Below are positions 27,574-39,000 of a stretch of 64,000 bases of DNA, piece after piece. Position 1 is the stretch's first letter, and each line of letters begins with the position of its first letter. The position numbers were made by a program, and so were the translations under genes. The notes under the pieces were generated by a model. The model did no database searches and had not been told where the DNA came from. It was given only the letters and a program-made list of their open reading frames with translations. Source of the DNA: a virus (lineage: Duplodnaviria > Caudoviricetes); IMG/VR virus record IMGVR_UViG_2850949226_000003, positions 14,282 through 78,281 of that record; one strand, 5' to 3'.

Positions 27574-28044
27574 ATGGCGGGAAAAGTTATGAAGTTTGCT
27601 GAAAAGGTTAAAAAGATCAAAAGGACGGACACTGTACCCTTCACTACTGACGAAGGAGAAACAATTGAATTTAAGGTTGAATCAAGGTCCGAAAAACAAG
27701 TAGATGAAGTAAATACAAAATACGAAGCGATGAAGCCGAAGGTACCGACAAAACGTTTGCCGGCCGCTGGAGGTAGATTCAAGATTGTTGAGGATCATGA
27801 AAACCCTGATTATAAAATTAAAATGGCCGAAGTTCAGAAACAAAACTTTGCTGAATTAGCCCTTTTATTCTTGGCTGAAGAAGAACGTCCTGAAGGTAAT
27901 ATCGATGAGCAATTGACTCAAATCATGGAAGTTGAATTAGCTGGATTTGTTCCTAAGATCGTTCAGCGAGGACTAGAAATTTCGGCTCTTATTGATGAAG
28001 AAGAAAACTATGAAGAGGAACTTGAAGCGGCAAAAAACGACTAG
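27574..28044 (+). CDS. Tail assembly chaperone (gpG-like)
   Basis: After tube genes; ends GCA AAA AAC GAC TAG. Confidence 0.7.
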   Translation: MAGKVMKFAEKVKKIKRTDTVPFTTDEGETIEFKVESRSEKQVDEVNTKYEAMKPKVPTKRLPAAGGRFKIVEDHENPDYKIKMAEVQKQNFAELALLFLAEEERPEGNIDEQLTQIMEVELAGFVPKIVQRGLEISALIDEEENYEEELEAAKND

Positions 28045-28223
28045 CACCATCGGGGAAAATAGAAGAAGGTGTAACAGACGAATACATTCTTCTTGAATTA
28101 TGTGAAAAGTATTCTATCGATCCTTTGAGGATGGATGAAATACCCGATGAAATTAAAATATCAATGATCGCGAAATACCATCTCGAAGTTGAACATAAGA
28201 ACAGGTTGAACAAAGAAGATTAA
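28032..28223 (+). other. -1 slippery site A AAA AAC and gpT-like extension
   Basis: -1 frame open: KRLAPSGKIEEGVTDEYILLELCEKYSIDPLRMDEIPDEIKISMIAKYHLEVEHKNRLNKED*; terminator follows. Confidence 0.8.
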
Positions 28224-28306
28224 TATTGAACTACTAGGGTAGGGGTAGGCGCTTATTTAATATGCCTATCCCTATTTTTGTATCTAAAAGAGAAAGGAGT
28301 ATCGAG

Positions 28307-28759
28307 ATGCCTGGGTTAAGGAGAACCAAAACACCGTTAAGAAAGAGTCGTTTTAACAAAGCAATTGTGATGATAAACGATGTCATAAAAATGGCTGAAG
28401 AAGATGGTGACACAGTAACTTTTGAATGGAAAGAAAGGGTCGGAGCCACATGGAACGAAACCTATGAAGTTTGGGAAGGCGGGGCAGTTACAACGGCCAC
28501 TTATACCACAAAGGGGTTTGGTAAAGTGGTTGACTTCGCAGAGGACGAAATGGAGTACGAGTGGGGACGGGTAGCGGTAGGAGATTGCTTGATTCGCTTT
28601 CCGATCGATTTTGATATAGAGCAATTTAGTAATAAAGAAGAGTTAAGGTTCACGTACAAGGGACAACGGTGGAAACCTGATAACAAACTAGGTGTGGGAG
28701 ATTGGCTGGAAAATCATCAAGTTTCTAAAATTCTCAAAGGGGTGAAGACTCTTGATTAA
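28307..28759 (+). CDS. Putative head-closure/stopper protein
   Basis: ATG 28307 after GAAAGGAG; RFTYKGQRWK motif. Confidence 0.55.
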   Translation: MPGLRRTKTPLRKSRFNKAIVMINDVIKMAEEDGDTVTFEWKERVGATWNETYEVWEGGAVTTATYTTKGFGKVVDFAEDEMEYEWGRVAVGDCLIRFPIDFDIEQFSNKEELRFTYKGQRWKPDNKLGVGDWLENHQVSKILKGVKTLD

Positions 28760-29249
28760 AATGAACATCACCGGTTTGAACGAATTGAAAAAATTATCCG
28801 AAGACCTCAAGAAGCTCAAGCAACACGTAAATCGTCAAAGCCAATGGGCTGTTGAATCCCTATATAAAAGCACAACAACTATTTATGAAAGACACATATA
28901 CGACTTAGTTTACGAAGAGTACGATCCAGTTGTATATGAAAGAACTTACCACCTTTTAGGGGGACATGGTGCAAAAGACGAAAAAATAAATCTCGCCGGA
29001 CCGGTAAAAAGTTATGACTTCTCAATCGATGAGAATAGTCGCGATCCGGTAGACGGAACTACTTGGGGCCAAAAAGCGAACGCGATCGAACACGGCTCAA
29101 CAGAAATGTATTTTAAACACGACCAAACTCCATTTAACCGACCTTTTGTCCAGAAAACACAGGAAGCTCTTGAATGGGAAAACAAACGTACAGCGGACGC
29201 ATTTGAACGCTCTGTAAATGCGATCATCAATAGGATAACAAGGGGGTAA
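28752..29249 (+). CDS. Putative neck protein (HK97 gp10-like)
   Basis: NITGLNEL, YERTYHL, AIEHG and RPFV motifs. Confidence 0.6.
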   Translation: MIKMNITGLNELKKLSEDLKKLKQHVNRQSQWAVESLYKSTTTIYERHIYDLVYEEYDPVVYERTYHLLGGHGAKDEKINLAGPVKSYDFSIDENSRDPVDGTTWGQKANAIEHGSTEMYFKHDQTPFNRPFVQKTQEALEWENKRTADAFERSVNAIINRITRG

Positions 29250-29254
29250 TTGGG

Positions 29255-29719
29255 TTGGCTATTTTATTTGATCAACAAAAATATATCGAGTCTACAAAAG
29301 GGATCATTAAGGATTACCTAAAAAAAATGTTCCCCGACTACGATTTGCCATTAGCTCTTCCTGACCTTGCGGACGATAACTTGTCGTTAGAAAAACCAGT
29401 TGTTTACATCGAGTTTAACAATTCCATGAATATTGACGGAAAGGCCGGTAGAACAACTGGCAGGGGAGGAAGGTTGAAAAGAAAGAGTTTGAGATTCAGC
29501 TTTCAAATCTTAACTACAGGAGAGAATAGCGCTGTCCTGGAGAGAGATCGAATATCACAAAAGTTAGAGTATGAATTTTCGAGAGAAATGAATATACAGC
29601 AATTGGCATCTGTGGGACTTAAAGATGTAGATATCAGGTACATCAATTCCTATAGGGTCAGGGAGGGTGTTCATTTGGCACGATTGGAGCTGTATACAAC
29701 GATAAATTTGATGAATTAA
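29255..29719 (+). CDS. Putative tail terminator/completion protein
   Basis: Position, size, PVVYIEF and FSFQI pattern. Confidence 0.55.
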   Translation: MAILFDQQKYIESTKGIIKDYLKKMFPDYDLPLALPDLADDNLSLEKPVVYIEFNNSMNIDGKAGRTTGRGGRLKRKSLRFSFQILTTGENSAVLERDRISQKLEYEFSREMNIQQLASVGLKDVDIRYINSYRVREGVHLARLELYTTINLMN

Positions 29720-29731
29720 GGAGGGTAAAAA

Positions 29732-32700
29732 TTGTCCGAGAATAGAAGGATTGGCATTCATTTCGATGTAAATGGAGAAGAACTGCAAAAATTAGAGAGA
29801 GCCGTCAAGATAATGGACAACTTTAATAAGCATGTCGCCACCTTACAAAAATCTGCTGGCTCCGTATCTGCGGCTTTCGATAGAATGACAAGGGCGCAAG
29901 AAAAAACATCTCAAAAACAACAAAACTTATCTTCGATGTTAAAGAGTTTTGATAGTGCTCTAAAATCTCATCACTTCACTATTAATAACGTTCAAATGGC
30001 TCAAAACGCTTTGAGCAAGCGACTGGAGCAGTTCGGGCGGAATGTAAAAGTCACAATGGACGAGACAGGAAGATTCACGGCCACCCTCACGAATATGCGA
30101 AACCAAACTGTAAAAATGAGTGGAGGTTTTGATGTCGCTTCAGGGAAATTGACTAATTTAAAAAGAAGCGTGACGACAACGAATGATGCAGTTGATCAAA
30201 TGAGAAGGAAAACAAAAGAAGCCGTTAGAGAAATGGAAAAGATGAGGGGAATTGATATATCCAACAGACTTCCTCAAGATAGAGCTTGGAATGTCCAGAA
30301 AGACGCATTGATCCAATACGGACGAGTAATCCAAGGTTCGATTGACCGAAATAACAAATTTACACAAACGGTCGTAACCCAACAAGGTGAAGTTAAAAAG
30401 ATAACGGGCTATTATAATCAAGCAAAGAGAGCCTTAGTGCAGTACAATGAACAGACTTCCAAAGCATCAAGGACTCAATTGAATCAGGCCGGTTTCACAA
30501 ATGATGCTGTTCAAAGGATCGGACTGATGTCGGATTCAATGAAGGGTTTGAATAAGTACACAATGTCGTGGAATGAAGCGATGGCGATTTCTGCGACTCG
30601 TATGATTCAGTGGGGTGCCGCAGGTACAGCTATTTTTGGCACTAAAAGAGCATTGACTGAAATGATGCACACAATTATTAAGTTGGACGAGCAGTTCACG
30701 GCCATCAATCGTGTAATCGATTTAAGTGCTAAAGATATGGATCGTTTGTTCCAGGGTGCCATCAGAAATGCTAATACTTTAGGAATTCGTTTAACTGAAA
30801 TTAATGAATCGATGATTGAATTTGGACGTCAGGGTTTCGGCGCCGATGATATCGAAACGCTAGTTAAAGCTACAGGTTTATTAAAAAACGTTGCGGATAT
30901 GGATATGACGCAAGCTTCAGAAAACATGACAGCATACTTGGCTACATTCCGAAAAGAAGTTGCAGATATCGGAAGTTATGTTGACAGGTTGAACGAAGTG
31001 GATAATAAATATGCCGTATCAGTTGATCAGCTTTCTGAATCCGTCAGAAGAGCTGGCGGAACCGCAAATGCCTTCGGGGTATCAATCGATAATTTATTGG
31101 GGTATACAACTGCGGTGGCGGAAGCTACGCGTGAATCAGGCTCAATTATAGGGAACTCCTTCAAAACTATCTTTTCCCGTATTACGACCATTAAAGAAGC
31201 GGAAGATGCTCTTGATGCTGTCGGGGTTAGCATTCGCGATGTGGGCGGAGATATGAAATCTGTTGACCATATTTTAGCGGAGCTACACGGAAAATGGGAC
31301 GGTTTATCTGATGCTGAAAGGCAACATATCGCCGTAACATTGGCGGGCCGGTACCAATTGAACCGTTTCTTAGTGCTAATGCAGAACTTTGACAAGGCAA
31401 TGATGGCTTCGAAGACTGCAACGCAATCATGGGGGTCTGCTCAACGCGAGAACCAAAGATACATGGGGTCGTTAAGGGCAAATATTGAAAAATTGTGGAC
31501 TTCTCTTCAATTGTTAGCTCATGCTGTTGGAGAAGCTGGATTGACGAAAGCGTTTGGCGCATTGCTTGCCATGACAACAACTATGGTAACTGGATTCACT
31601 AAAGTTGTTCAGACTTTAGATGGTTTTACATTCGCCCTTCCAGTAGTAACAGCAGGGATTGTTGCATTAACTTATAATTTTATGAAATTGAAAGGTTCTA
31701 CTGCCGCGCTTCAGGCCGGGCTTGTAACAGTTAACCCTACACTAACCGCACTCGGAACTCGAATGGGGATGTCAACCGCCACCGCTACCATCTTTGCCGG
31801 GGCTGTTGGGAAAGTAACAATGGGGCTTCGCACGTTAGCGATGGCTACAGTTGCTAACCCTTTATTCTGGATTCCTGTTGCTATCAGTGGATTGATTGGT
31901 TTGATCGGTCATTTCGAGAACGTTAAGAGAAGACAAGAAGATTTGAACAAATCAACGAAAGATGCCAAGAAAGAATACCAAGATTTCTTGGATGCAATTA
32001 ACAATGGTACAGTTGACGCTTATCAGATCGAAAAATATAAAGAACAAATGACCATGCTTAAAGATCAACAAAAAGAGCTGAATAAGTACGCAAAAGAACA
32101 TAGTTATGAGATGCAAATACAGACATCTTATTACAGCACTATGGGCGTTAACGCCGCGAATTTAGCACTTTCTAAAGAAGAGTTAGTGTCTAAATACAAA
32201 GAGGAAACAAGTGCGATGAAAGCTCTTTCTGATGAAGAAGAAAATCTTATAGCCCAAATGGGGATCAAAATAACTAAAGACATGACAATCTCTGAATTGT
32301 CCAAGAAAATGTCAGAAAGGCATAAGGAATTGAGTTCTTCTGTAAAACAAGCTGAAAAAGCGATGGAAGAACAACGTTTAAAAGGAGTTTTACCGTCTGC
32401 GGATGCTTATTTCGAATTAGGGGAAGCGATTGACGATCAAGCTTCATCTATGGAAAACGCTATAGGTCTTACTGATAAGATCATGAACCAAATGAAAGAA
32501 CAAAAGGCTTTGATTGAGTTATTATCAGGAGTCAAAAACAAAGATGCTGTACAAACGCAATTGCTTGATAATGCCTATGATTATTGGTCTTCAACCCTAG
32601 GGGTTTCTGAAGAAAAGCTTAAAAAGCATCCTGAACTTATGAATAAACAAATTAAAAAGAGTAAGGAATTACTCGACATAACCAAGAAATTGGCTGATGG

Positions 32701-35692
32701 AACGGCGTCAGCGGAAGAAAAAAGAAGAGCGCAACAATTATTAACTGCTCAAAACAAAGAGAAAGCGACGAAAAGAGAAGCCAAAGCAGATCAAGAGTCA
32801 AAAGAAATTCAACGAAAAGTATACGCGGCTAAGTTGAAAAAGCTTCACGATTACGATAAAGCGATGAGTGAATCCAGCAAGAATACTAAAAATAAATTAA
32901 GCGACTCAACTAAAACCGTTAAAGAAAAAATGAAAGAACAAAGAAGCAGTGTGGAATCGACTAAAAAGAAATATCAAAATATGTCCGAATCCGTGAGCAA
33001 GTCCTCCAAAAAACTTAAAGATAATGTAACTAAAAATGCAAAAGAACAAGCCAAAAACCACAAAAAACACAGCAAAGATGAAACTGACAGCGTTACAAAA
33101 GGATGGAATAATATGTGGGATGGGGTATCTAAGATTTGGGGTTGGATCAAAGACCTGTTTGGTGGAGGTTCAAGTAAAAAATCCAAATCTAAAGACAAAG
33201 GAAATAGGTATGCGAAAGGTACTTCTGCAAGCGGCCATCCCGGCGGTCCTGCGATTGTCGGTGAAGAAGGTCGCGAGTTAGCGTATATTCCTGGCGTGGG
33301 GACGACTATTGTTGGTCAGAATGGTCCTGAATTCTTAGATTTACCTAAAGGAACTTCAGTCCTTCCTAACAAACATACCGAGCATCTTTTGAAACGTTAC
33401 GGATTCCCTGGTTATGCTAATGGAATCGGAGATTATTTTGACACAATCTTAAAAGGGCCTAAAGCGCTTTGGGATTTGGCGGTATCAAAGTTCAACATAA
33501 GCGACGGTTTGATACCAAAATGGTTCACCAAAAGAAGCGGAAGCCCTATGAAAGCCATTGGCGCTCTGGCTGTAAAAGGAGTTAAAAATCTGATTGACAG
33601 CGCTTTTGGAGGTTTCTTGGGCGGAGGATACCAAGGCGGAGCTGGAGCCGATGTTGCGCGTAAAGCGATCTCCACAGCATTATCTATCTTAGGTAAATCA
33701 CAAGCTTTCCTCCCAGCCTTGATGAGAATAGCATTCCATGAATCAGGTTATAACCCTAGAGCCGTAAACAATTGGGACATTAACGCTCGTCGTGGTGATC
33801 CTTCTGTGGGGTTGTTCCAGATTATAAATAGTACGTTCCAAAGATATAAATATCCAGGAATGAACGACAGAACAAATCCATTACATTCTGCGGTCGCCGC
33901 AATTCGCTACTTGGATGGACGTTATGGCGGAATTCAAAATCACCCTGGTCTTCGCTCAATGGCTCGTGGGGGAGGTTATAAACCTTACGCTGAAGGTGGA
34001 TTCATAGATAAACCTCATATGGGTCTTGTTGGAGAAGCGGGGCCTGAAGCGATTATTCCTTTGTCTACAGGCAAGCGTTCAAGAGCCTTAGAGCTATATG
34101 CAAAAGTCGGAAATATATTGGGAGTTAAACCTTTTGCCAACGGCGGGATTGTCAATTATAAAGTTAAACGTGGCGATACGATCTCCGAATTGGCTATGAA
34201 ATACTTCGGTAATGCGTACTCTGGTGGTATGCAAAAACTATTGAAGATGAACCCACAAATCAAGAACCCTAATAGGATTTATGTGGGACAAACTATTAAA
34301 GTACCAAGTTCAAAGGGATCAAGCTCTAAATCGAAAAAATCAAAATCGAAAAAACCAATGTTTAAAAATGCCGAAGAAGCCCAAAATTATCTGTCCAATA
34401 GATTAGAATGGATCGATCAAGTCGAAGCGTTAGGAATCCGGGCATCAGATTATCGAGTAAGGCACATAACTTCAGAGAAGTACAGGAAAGCTTACGAAAT
34501 GACTGGGCGGAAAAACGAATACAATAAAGCAGTGTTTGATGAGTTGAGCAAATTCACTGATGCCAATTACGCGAAGAAAATTTTCAATCAATCAAAACTG
34601 TTTTTAAGCTCGGCCGATAAAGCGAAAACTTTCCAAAGTATCCTTAAAAACATCGGGCAAAACGTCCTGAAAGAAGTCCAAGAGAAAACAACAACATGGT
34701 TGGAAAAATTCAATAGCGGTGTAAAAGAAGCTTCTGCAAGTGTCAAGGAAATGATCAACATTAGTGAGCAAGTTAAGAGCAGGAAGTTAGAAGAAAAGAA
34801 AGACAACTTCGTAAACAAATACACTTCTGATTTATTGGCGAAGTTAGGTGTTGCCGAAGAGGTTGATCCTGCCGAGGCTTTGAAAAACCAAGCTGAAGAA
34901 TTAAAACGAAAAATTGAAGAGCGCGCTGAAGAGTCAGCTCTTCTCGAATATCGCTTGAGTAGTTCCCAACTCCAACCAAGATTAAAAGAACTTGCCGGGT
35001 ATAAAAGCAAGTTAGAAGCTCAAATGAAGGCTATTGAAAAAGATTTCAAAAATCGCGGCATCACAGATAAGAACCTTATTAGTGAAGCACAACAACCTCT
35101 AAAAGAACGTCTAGCAGAAATCACAGAAGAGTACAATGAACTCCAAAATGCAATTTCAAACGGGAATAAAACTCTTGCCGAAAACAAAGCTGAATTAGAA
35201 AGATTAGCCCAAGAGTATAAGGACCTCCAAAAACAAATTGAGAAGACAGAAAGCAAGAGAGAGTTCACGGATGTTTGGGGGAACATTGTTCGCGATGCTG
35301 AAGGTAATGTGAAAATGATTACCGACCAAGGGCAGTTGCTTATGAACACTTATGAAAAGATAAAACAGGAGATGGAAGCTGTTCAGCAAATTGCGGTTTC
35401 TGGAGGAGGATTTTCTGCCATTGTGACCCCGATTATCGAGCAACTTTCTAAAGTGGTGGAATCATATAAGCCAACTATTAACACAGAAGTCGATCCAGGA
35501 AAAGCGGTTGTAACCAATAATAATTCGGCTGTGAGTGAGACAAGAACATACGAAGCCAATACTAATGTTAATAGAAACGTGAGCTACCATATCCACACAG
35601 GGGTAGCGCTTGCGAGTGAAACTGAACTGCGGGAGTTCGCGATGATGATTAAAGAAATGATTGACGAAGAGGAAGGTAGGTCGAGAAGCTAA
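29732..35692 (+). CDS. Tape measure protein with lytic transglycosylase (SLT) and LysM domains
   Basis: 1986 aa; TP901-type TMP core (NEVDNKYAVS, IGNSFKTIFSR); HESGYNPRAVNNWD...SVGLFQ SLT; YKVKRGDTISELA LysM. Confidence 0.92.
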   Translation: MSENRRIGIHFDVNGEELQKLERAVKIMDNFNKHVATLQKSAGSVSAAFDRMTRAQEKTSQKQQNLSSMLKSFDSALKSHHFTINNVQMAQNALSKRLEQFGRNVKVTMDETGRFTATLTNMRNQTVKMSGGFDVASGKLTNLKRSVTTTNDAVDQMRRKTKEAVREMEKMRGIDISNRLPQDRAWNVQKDALIQYGRVIQGSIDRNNKFTQTVVTQQGEVKKITGYYNQAKRALVQYNEQTSKASRTQLNQAGFTNDAVQRIGLMSDSMKGLNKYTMSWNEAMAISATRMIQWGAAGTAIFGTKRALTEMMHTIIKLDEQFTAINRVIDLSAKDMDRLFQGAIRNANTLGIRLTEINESMIEFGRQGFGADDIETLVKATGLLKNVADMDMTQASENMTAYLATFRKEVADIGSYVDRLNEVDNKYAVSVDQLSESVRRAGGTANAFGVSIDNLLGYTTAVAEATRESGSIIGNSFKTIFSRITTIKEAEDALDAVGVSIRDVGGDMKSVDHILAELHGKWDGLSDAERQHIAVTLAGRYQLNRFLVLMQNFDKAMMASKTATQSWGSAQRENQRYMGSLRANIEKLWTSLQLLAHAVGEAGLTKAFGALLAMTTTMVTGFTKVVQTLDGFTFALPVVTAGIVALTYNFMKLKGSTAALQAGLVTVNPTLTALGTRMGMSTATATIFAGAVGKVTMGLRTLAMATVANPLFWIPVAISGLIGLIGHFENVKRRQEDLNKSTKDAKKEYQDFLDAINNGTVDAYQIEKYKEQMTMLKDQQKELNKYAKEHSYEMQIQTSYYSTMGVNAANLALSKEELVSKYKEETSAMKALSDEEENLIAQMGIKITKDMTISELSKKMSERHKELSSSVKQAEKAMEEQRLKGVLPSADAYFELGEAIDDQASSMENAIGLTDKIMNQMKEQKALIELLSGVKNKDAVQTQLLDNAYDYWSSTLGVSEEKLKKHPELMNKQIKKSKELLDITKKLADGTASAEEKRRAQQLLTAQNKEKATKREAKADQESKEIQRKVYAAKLKKLHDYDKAMSESSKNTKNKLSDSTKTVKEKMKEQRSSVESTKKKYQNMSESVSKSSKKLKDNVTKNAKEQAKNHKKHSKDETDSVTKGWNNMWDGVSKIWGWIKDLFGGGSSKKSKSKDKGNRYAKGTSASGHPGGPAIVGEEGRELAYIPGVGTTIVGQNGPEFLDLPKGTSVLPNKHTEHLLKRYGFPGYANGIGDYFDTILKGPKALWDLAVSKFNISDGLIPKWFTKRSGSPMKAIGALAVKGVKNLIDSAFGGFLGGGYQGGAGADVARKAISTALSILGKSQAFLPALMRIAFHESGYNPRAVNNWDINARRGDPSVGLFQIINSTFQRYKYPGMNDRTNPLHSAVAAIRYLDGRYGGIQNHPGLRSMARGGGYKPYAEGGFIDKPHMGLVGEAGPEAIIPLSTGKRSRALELYAKVGNILGVKPFANGGIVNYKVKRGDTISELAMKYFGNAYSGGMQKLLKMNPQIKNPNRIYVGQTIKVPSSKGSSSKSKKSKSKKPMFKNAEEAQNYLSNRLEWIDQVEALGIRASDYRVRHITSEKYRKAYEMTGRKNEYNKAVFDELSKFTDANYAKKIFNQSKLFLSSADKAKTFQSILKNIGQNVLKEVQEKTTTWLEKFNSGVKEASASVKEMINISEQVKSRKLEEKKDNFVNKYTSDLLAKLGVAEEVDPAEALKNQAEELKRKIEERAEESALLEYRLSSSQLQPRLKELAGYKSKLEAQMKAIEKDFKNRGITDKNLISEAQQPLKERLAEITEEYNELQNAISNGNKTLAENKAELERLAQEYKDLQKQIEKTESKREFTDVWGNIVRDAEGNVKMITDQGQLLMNTYEKIKQEMEAVQQIAVSGGGFSAIVTPIIEQLSKVVESYKPTINTEVDPGKAVVTNNNSAVSETRTYEANTNVNRNVSYHIHTGVALASETELREFAMMIKEMIDEEEGRSRS

Positions 35693-36054
35693 TGAGCTAC
35701 TTTAAGTTAGGAGTTCAGGGAGAAGGCTTTGTCTTCTTCCTCCCTGATTCTTATAGAAAACCATTAAAGATTTTAGGGTCCGGTATTCGACGGTCAATTA
35801 ATGGAACAGCAAAACGAGATGTGGTGGCAACGAAATACACGTTCGAATTAGGGTTCGATTATTTGTCGGAAAAAGAATACCTTAACTTTATGCAGATTTT
35901 CAGAAAGAACAACGAAGAAGGCAAGGATTTAACATTTGTCGATGACGAAGGTACCTATACTGTTCTTTGGGGATCGGATGGTTTTGGTTTGGATGAGAGG
36001 AAACCCGATGAAGAAATTTATTGGTCAGGGACTATCATTTTAGAAGAAATTTAA
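35692..36054 (+). CDS. Small distal-tail (Dit-like) protein
   Basis: Directly after TMP; RRSINGTAKRDVVATKYTFEL. Confidence 0.6.
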   Translation: MSYFKLGVQGEGFVFFLPDSYRKPLKILGSGIRRSINGTAKRDVVATKYTFELGFDYLSEKEYLNFMQIFRKNNEEGKDLTFVDDEGTYTVLWGSDGFGLDERKPDEEIYWSGTIILEEI

Positions 36055-36070
36055 AGGAGGTTGGTTATAA

Positions 36071-39000
36071 GTGCGAGGTAGATTGGATTTAACCACCCGA
36101 TTCCCGGTTATGAAAGTCGTTGTAGACTTTGACAACGTGGGATTTGGGTATATGGAAAAATGGACGGACATCACTGATTATGTACTTGATGTATCTGGTT
36201 CCAAAGAAAAAGAGAGCGAAGTTCTTGGTGGAGTTTCGAGTGATATTGTAACTCTGACAGTTGATAACTCTGAAAATAAATTTTCCGTTGATAACCCCAA
36301 TTCTTTATTTTATAAAAAGTCCAAGAGCAATTTAAGGTTTGCTTTATTGACAGGATTTAAAGGGGAATACTTAACCCCATACGTTGTAGGATATATCCAT
36401 TCGATGCAACCACGATGGAAAAGCAAAGAGTATTTATTAAAAGCTACCTGTCCTATGGAGAAATTAAAAAGAGCTGATGTTCCGGAACAAACTTTTTACA
36501 ATGTTTCCTGGGACGACCTCGTGAACGCTTTGTTGGATCAGGCGGGTATCGAGCCGTATTTCTTGAGAGAAATACCTAAAACCGAATTGTTTTACAAATA
36601 CTTTAAGTTTGAAGAAAATAAATGTTTTGATGCTCTTAAAAAATTAATGGAAGTAGTGGCCGGACAATCTTTTTTTGACGGTCGTTATTTTAAAACAATA
36701 ACGAAATTAGCAATTAATTACACTGAAGACAGAAGCCACAAACACGAAATAACAGTCAGCGATTTGTTCGAGTTTGAAGAGATCATTGACGACAATTCTA
36801 TTATCAATAAGGTTTCAATCATTAGTGAGCCGAAAGAAATTGCACCTTTGCAAGTTGTATGGGAGACTCCAGAAAATTTTGTTGGTGTCCAAAATGAACA
36901 AGTTTTTTATGATGGAACAGATTATGTCTATATCGATATAAACAACAGGCCCTTATTTTGGGATGACAGTCACGAAATCACTATTAAAAATTTGACCAAT
37001 GGGATTGACATTACTTGGGAGGTTTATAACGCTGAATTAGGGAGAATTAAATTGACCGCGGAAGGCAAGGGTTACTGTAATCCGGGCGATTTACTTTCAG
37101 TATCGTACACGTACCAATACCTGGTGTTGTTACCTGGTCAGGAAAGAAAATACGTCGCACAAACTGATGAGGTTATTGATGTCTTTTTGGAACCTGACAT
37201 AGTAGCTTGGAATGCTGATGCAACTGAACAAGTTGAATACAGTTCCACGCCCGATATCCCTAACACCTTATCAAAACAATCAATGACTGTAAAAGAAGAT
37301 GGAACAATCGTAGAATTGGTTTTGAAAAACAACACTTCTGACAAGGTATCAATTTCAACATTGCAATTTAGAGGGTATCCCGTTAGGGTACTCAACCCTA
37401 TTGAGGTATATAATAAAGACAAAGAATCGATCGAGCAAAACGACACCAAAGAAGTTAACATCACAAATAATTACATCAACAACATAAAGCTGGCCGAAAA
37501 ACTTTCACAATTCATAGTGGAGAATAAAGCGAATATTAAAAAAGAGTTAAATATCCAAATCAACGGATATTCAGAACTCCTTTTGAATGATGTCGCCTTA
37601 GTCACGGAAGAAGCCAGCGGGACTAACCATCTTTTAACTATCGAAAGAATCAATTTCACCTTCGGAGTCAATTCCGGTTGGACCGCCGACTTGACCGTGT
37701 TAGAAGTTCCTACAAATGATTGGAGCTATGATGGATTTTTAGGGGATTCATATACATCTCCCCAAAAGGGGACACCAAGTTCTACTCAACCTTATCATAA
37801 AGGTACAGAACCACCGTCAGACACGAGTTTGTTTTGGGTAGACACAAGTGTAAATCCTAACGTAACGAAGGTTTATGATCAAGCTTCCGGCCAATGGGTT
37901 AAAGCAAATCCGACTACTCCGGAAGAAATAGGTGCGGAAACTCCGCAAGGAGCACAAGATAAAGCGGATAAAGCCAAGTGGGATGCAATCGACTATACAG
38001 ACACGGAAGTTGCGAAGCGCGAAATGGCAATGTTCAAACAACCTACTCCGCCCGAAAAACCTGTTTTAAATCAAATTTGGATCGATACGAGTGGAGAGAT
38101 GCAAATATTCAAAAGGTGGAACGGGACAGATTGGCAACCAATCGGACCTGTTACTGCTGGCGATCTCGATACCTATACGTCCATCGAAATTGATAATGCT
38201 TTAAAGACTAAAGTCGGTCAAACAGAATTCAATGAAGTTGAAGAAAGATTGAGCTTGGCCGAGTCAAGCATCACTCAAAATGCCGGTGAAATAGCTTTAA
38301 GGGTAAAGCAAGATACTTATGATATGGATATTGGAAACCTTCGTTCTCGATTGTCTTCTGCGGAATCCAGCATAACCCAAAATGCGAATGAAATCGAATT
38401 GAAGGTAAGCCAAGATGGTGTCATCTCAGCTATTAATCAAACAGCAGAGCAGATACAAATTGAAGCGAGTAAGATCAACCTGGTCGGTGCAATCACTTTA
38501 AATTCGTTTAGTTCTGAATTATTGACAGACTTTAATAGCAAAGCAGAGCAATCATACGTCAATCAAAAGGTGAATGATTTACAGATCGGAGGACGGAACT
38601 TAACTCCTAATAGTACAGGAAAGTTCTTGGATGAAGAAACATCAATCCCGGTGGGATGGTCATTGTGGGGAACGGCTGAAGACCTGACTTCTAGTACGGA
38701 AGATGTAAGAGGTGCGGATGCGTCTGTAAAAGTTACAGCAACAGCAGACCAAGGTGGAGTGATGGCTCCGGTAACAGAAGTTCAGCGCGGGAAAGTTTAT
38801 ACAATTTCTTTTTATGTAAAAGTAGATAAACCGGCATTAATCGGTTATTTATTAAAATTCTTTGATGAACAAGGTGTTGAAATCGATCCTATTCAAATCG
38901 AGTCACAAACACTCGCCGCTAACGAATGGATGCATTACAAACAGACTTTTATTGTTCCAATGACAGCGGCAACTATGAGGGCGACTCCGATTGTTTATAG

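Noticed and set aside
38230-38420. Repeat AESSITQNA.EI.L.V as DGR template/variable repeats
   Set aside because: Ordinary coiled-coil repeat; no reverse transcriptase or adenine-specific variation seen.
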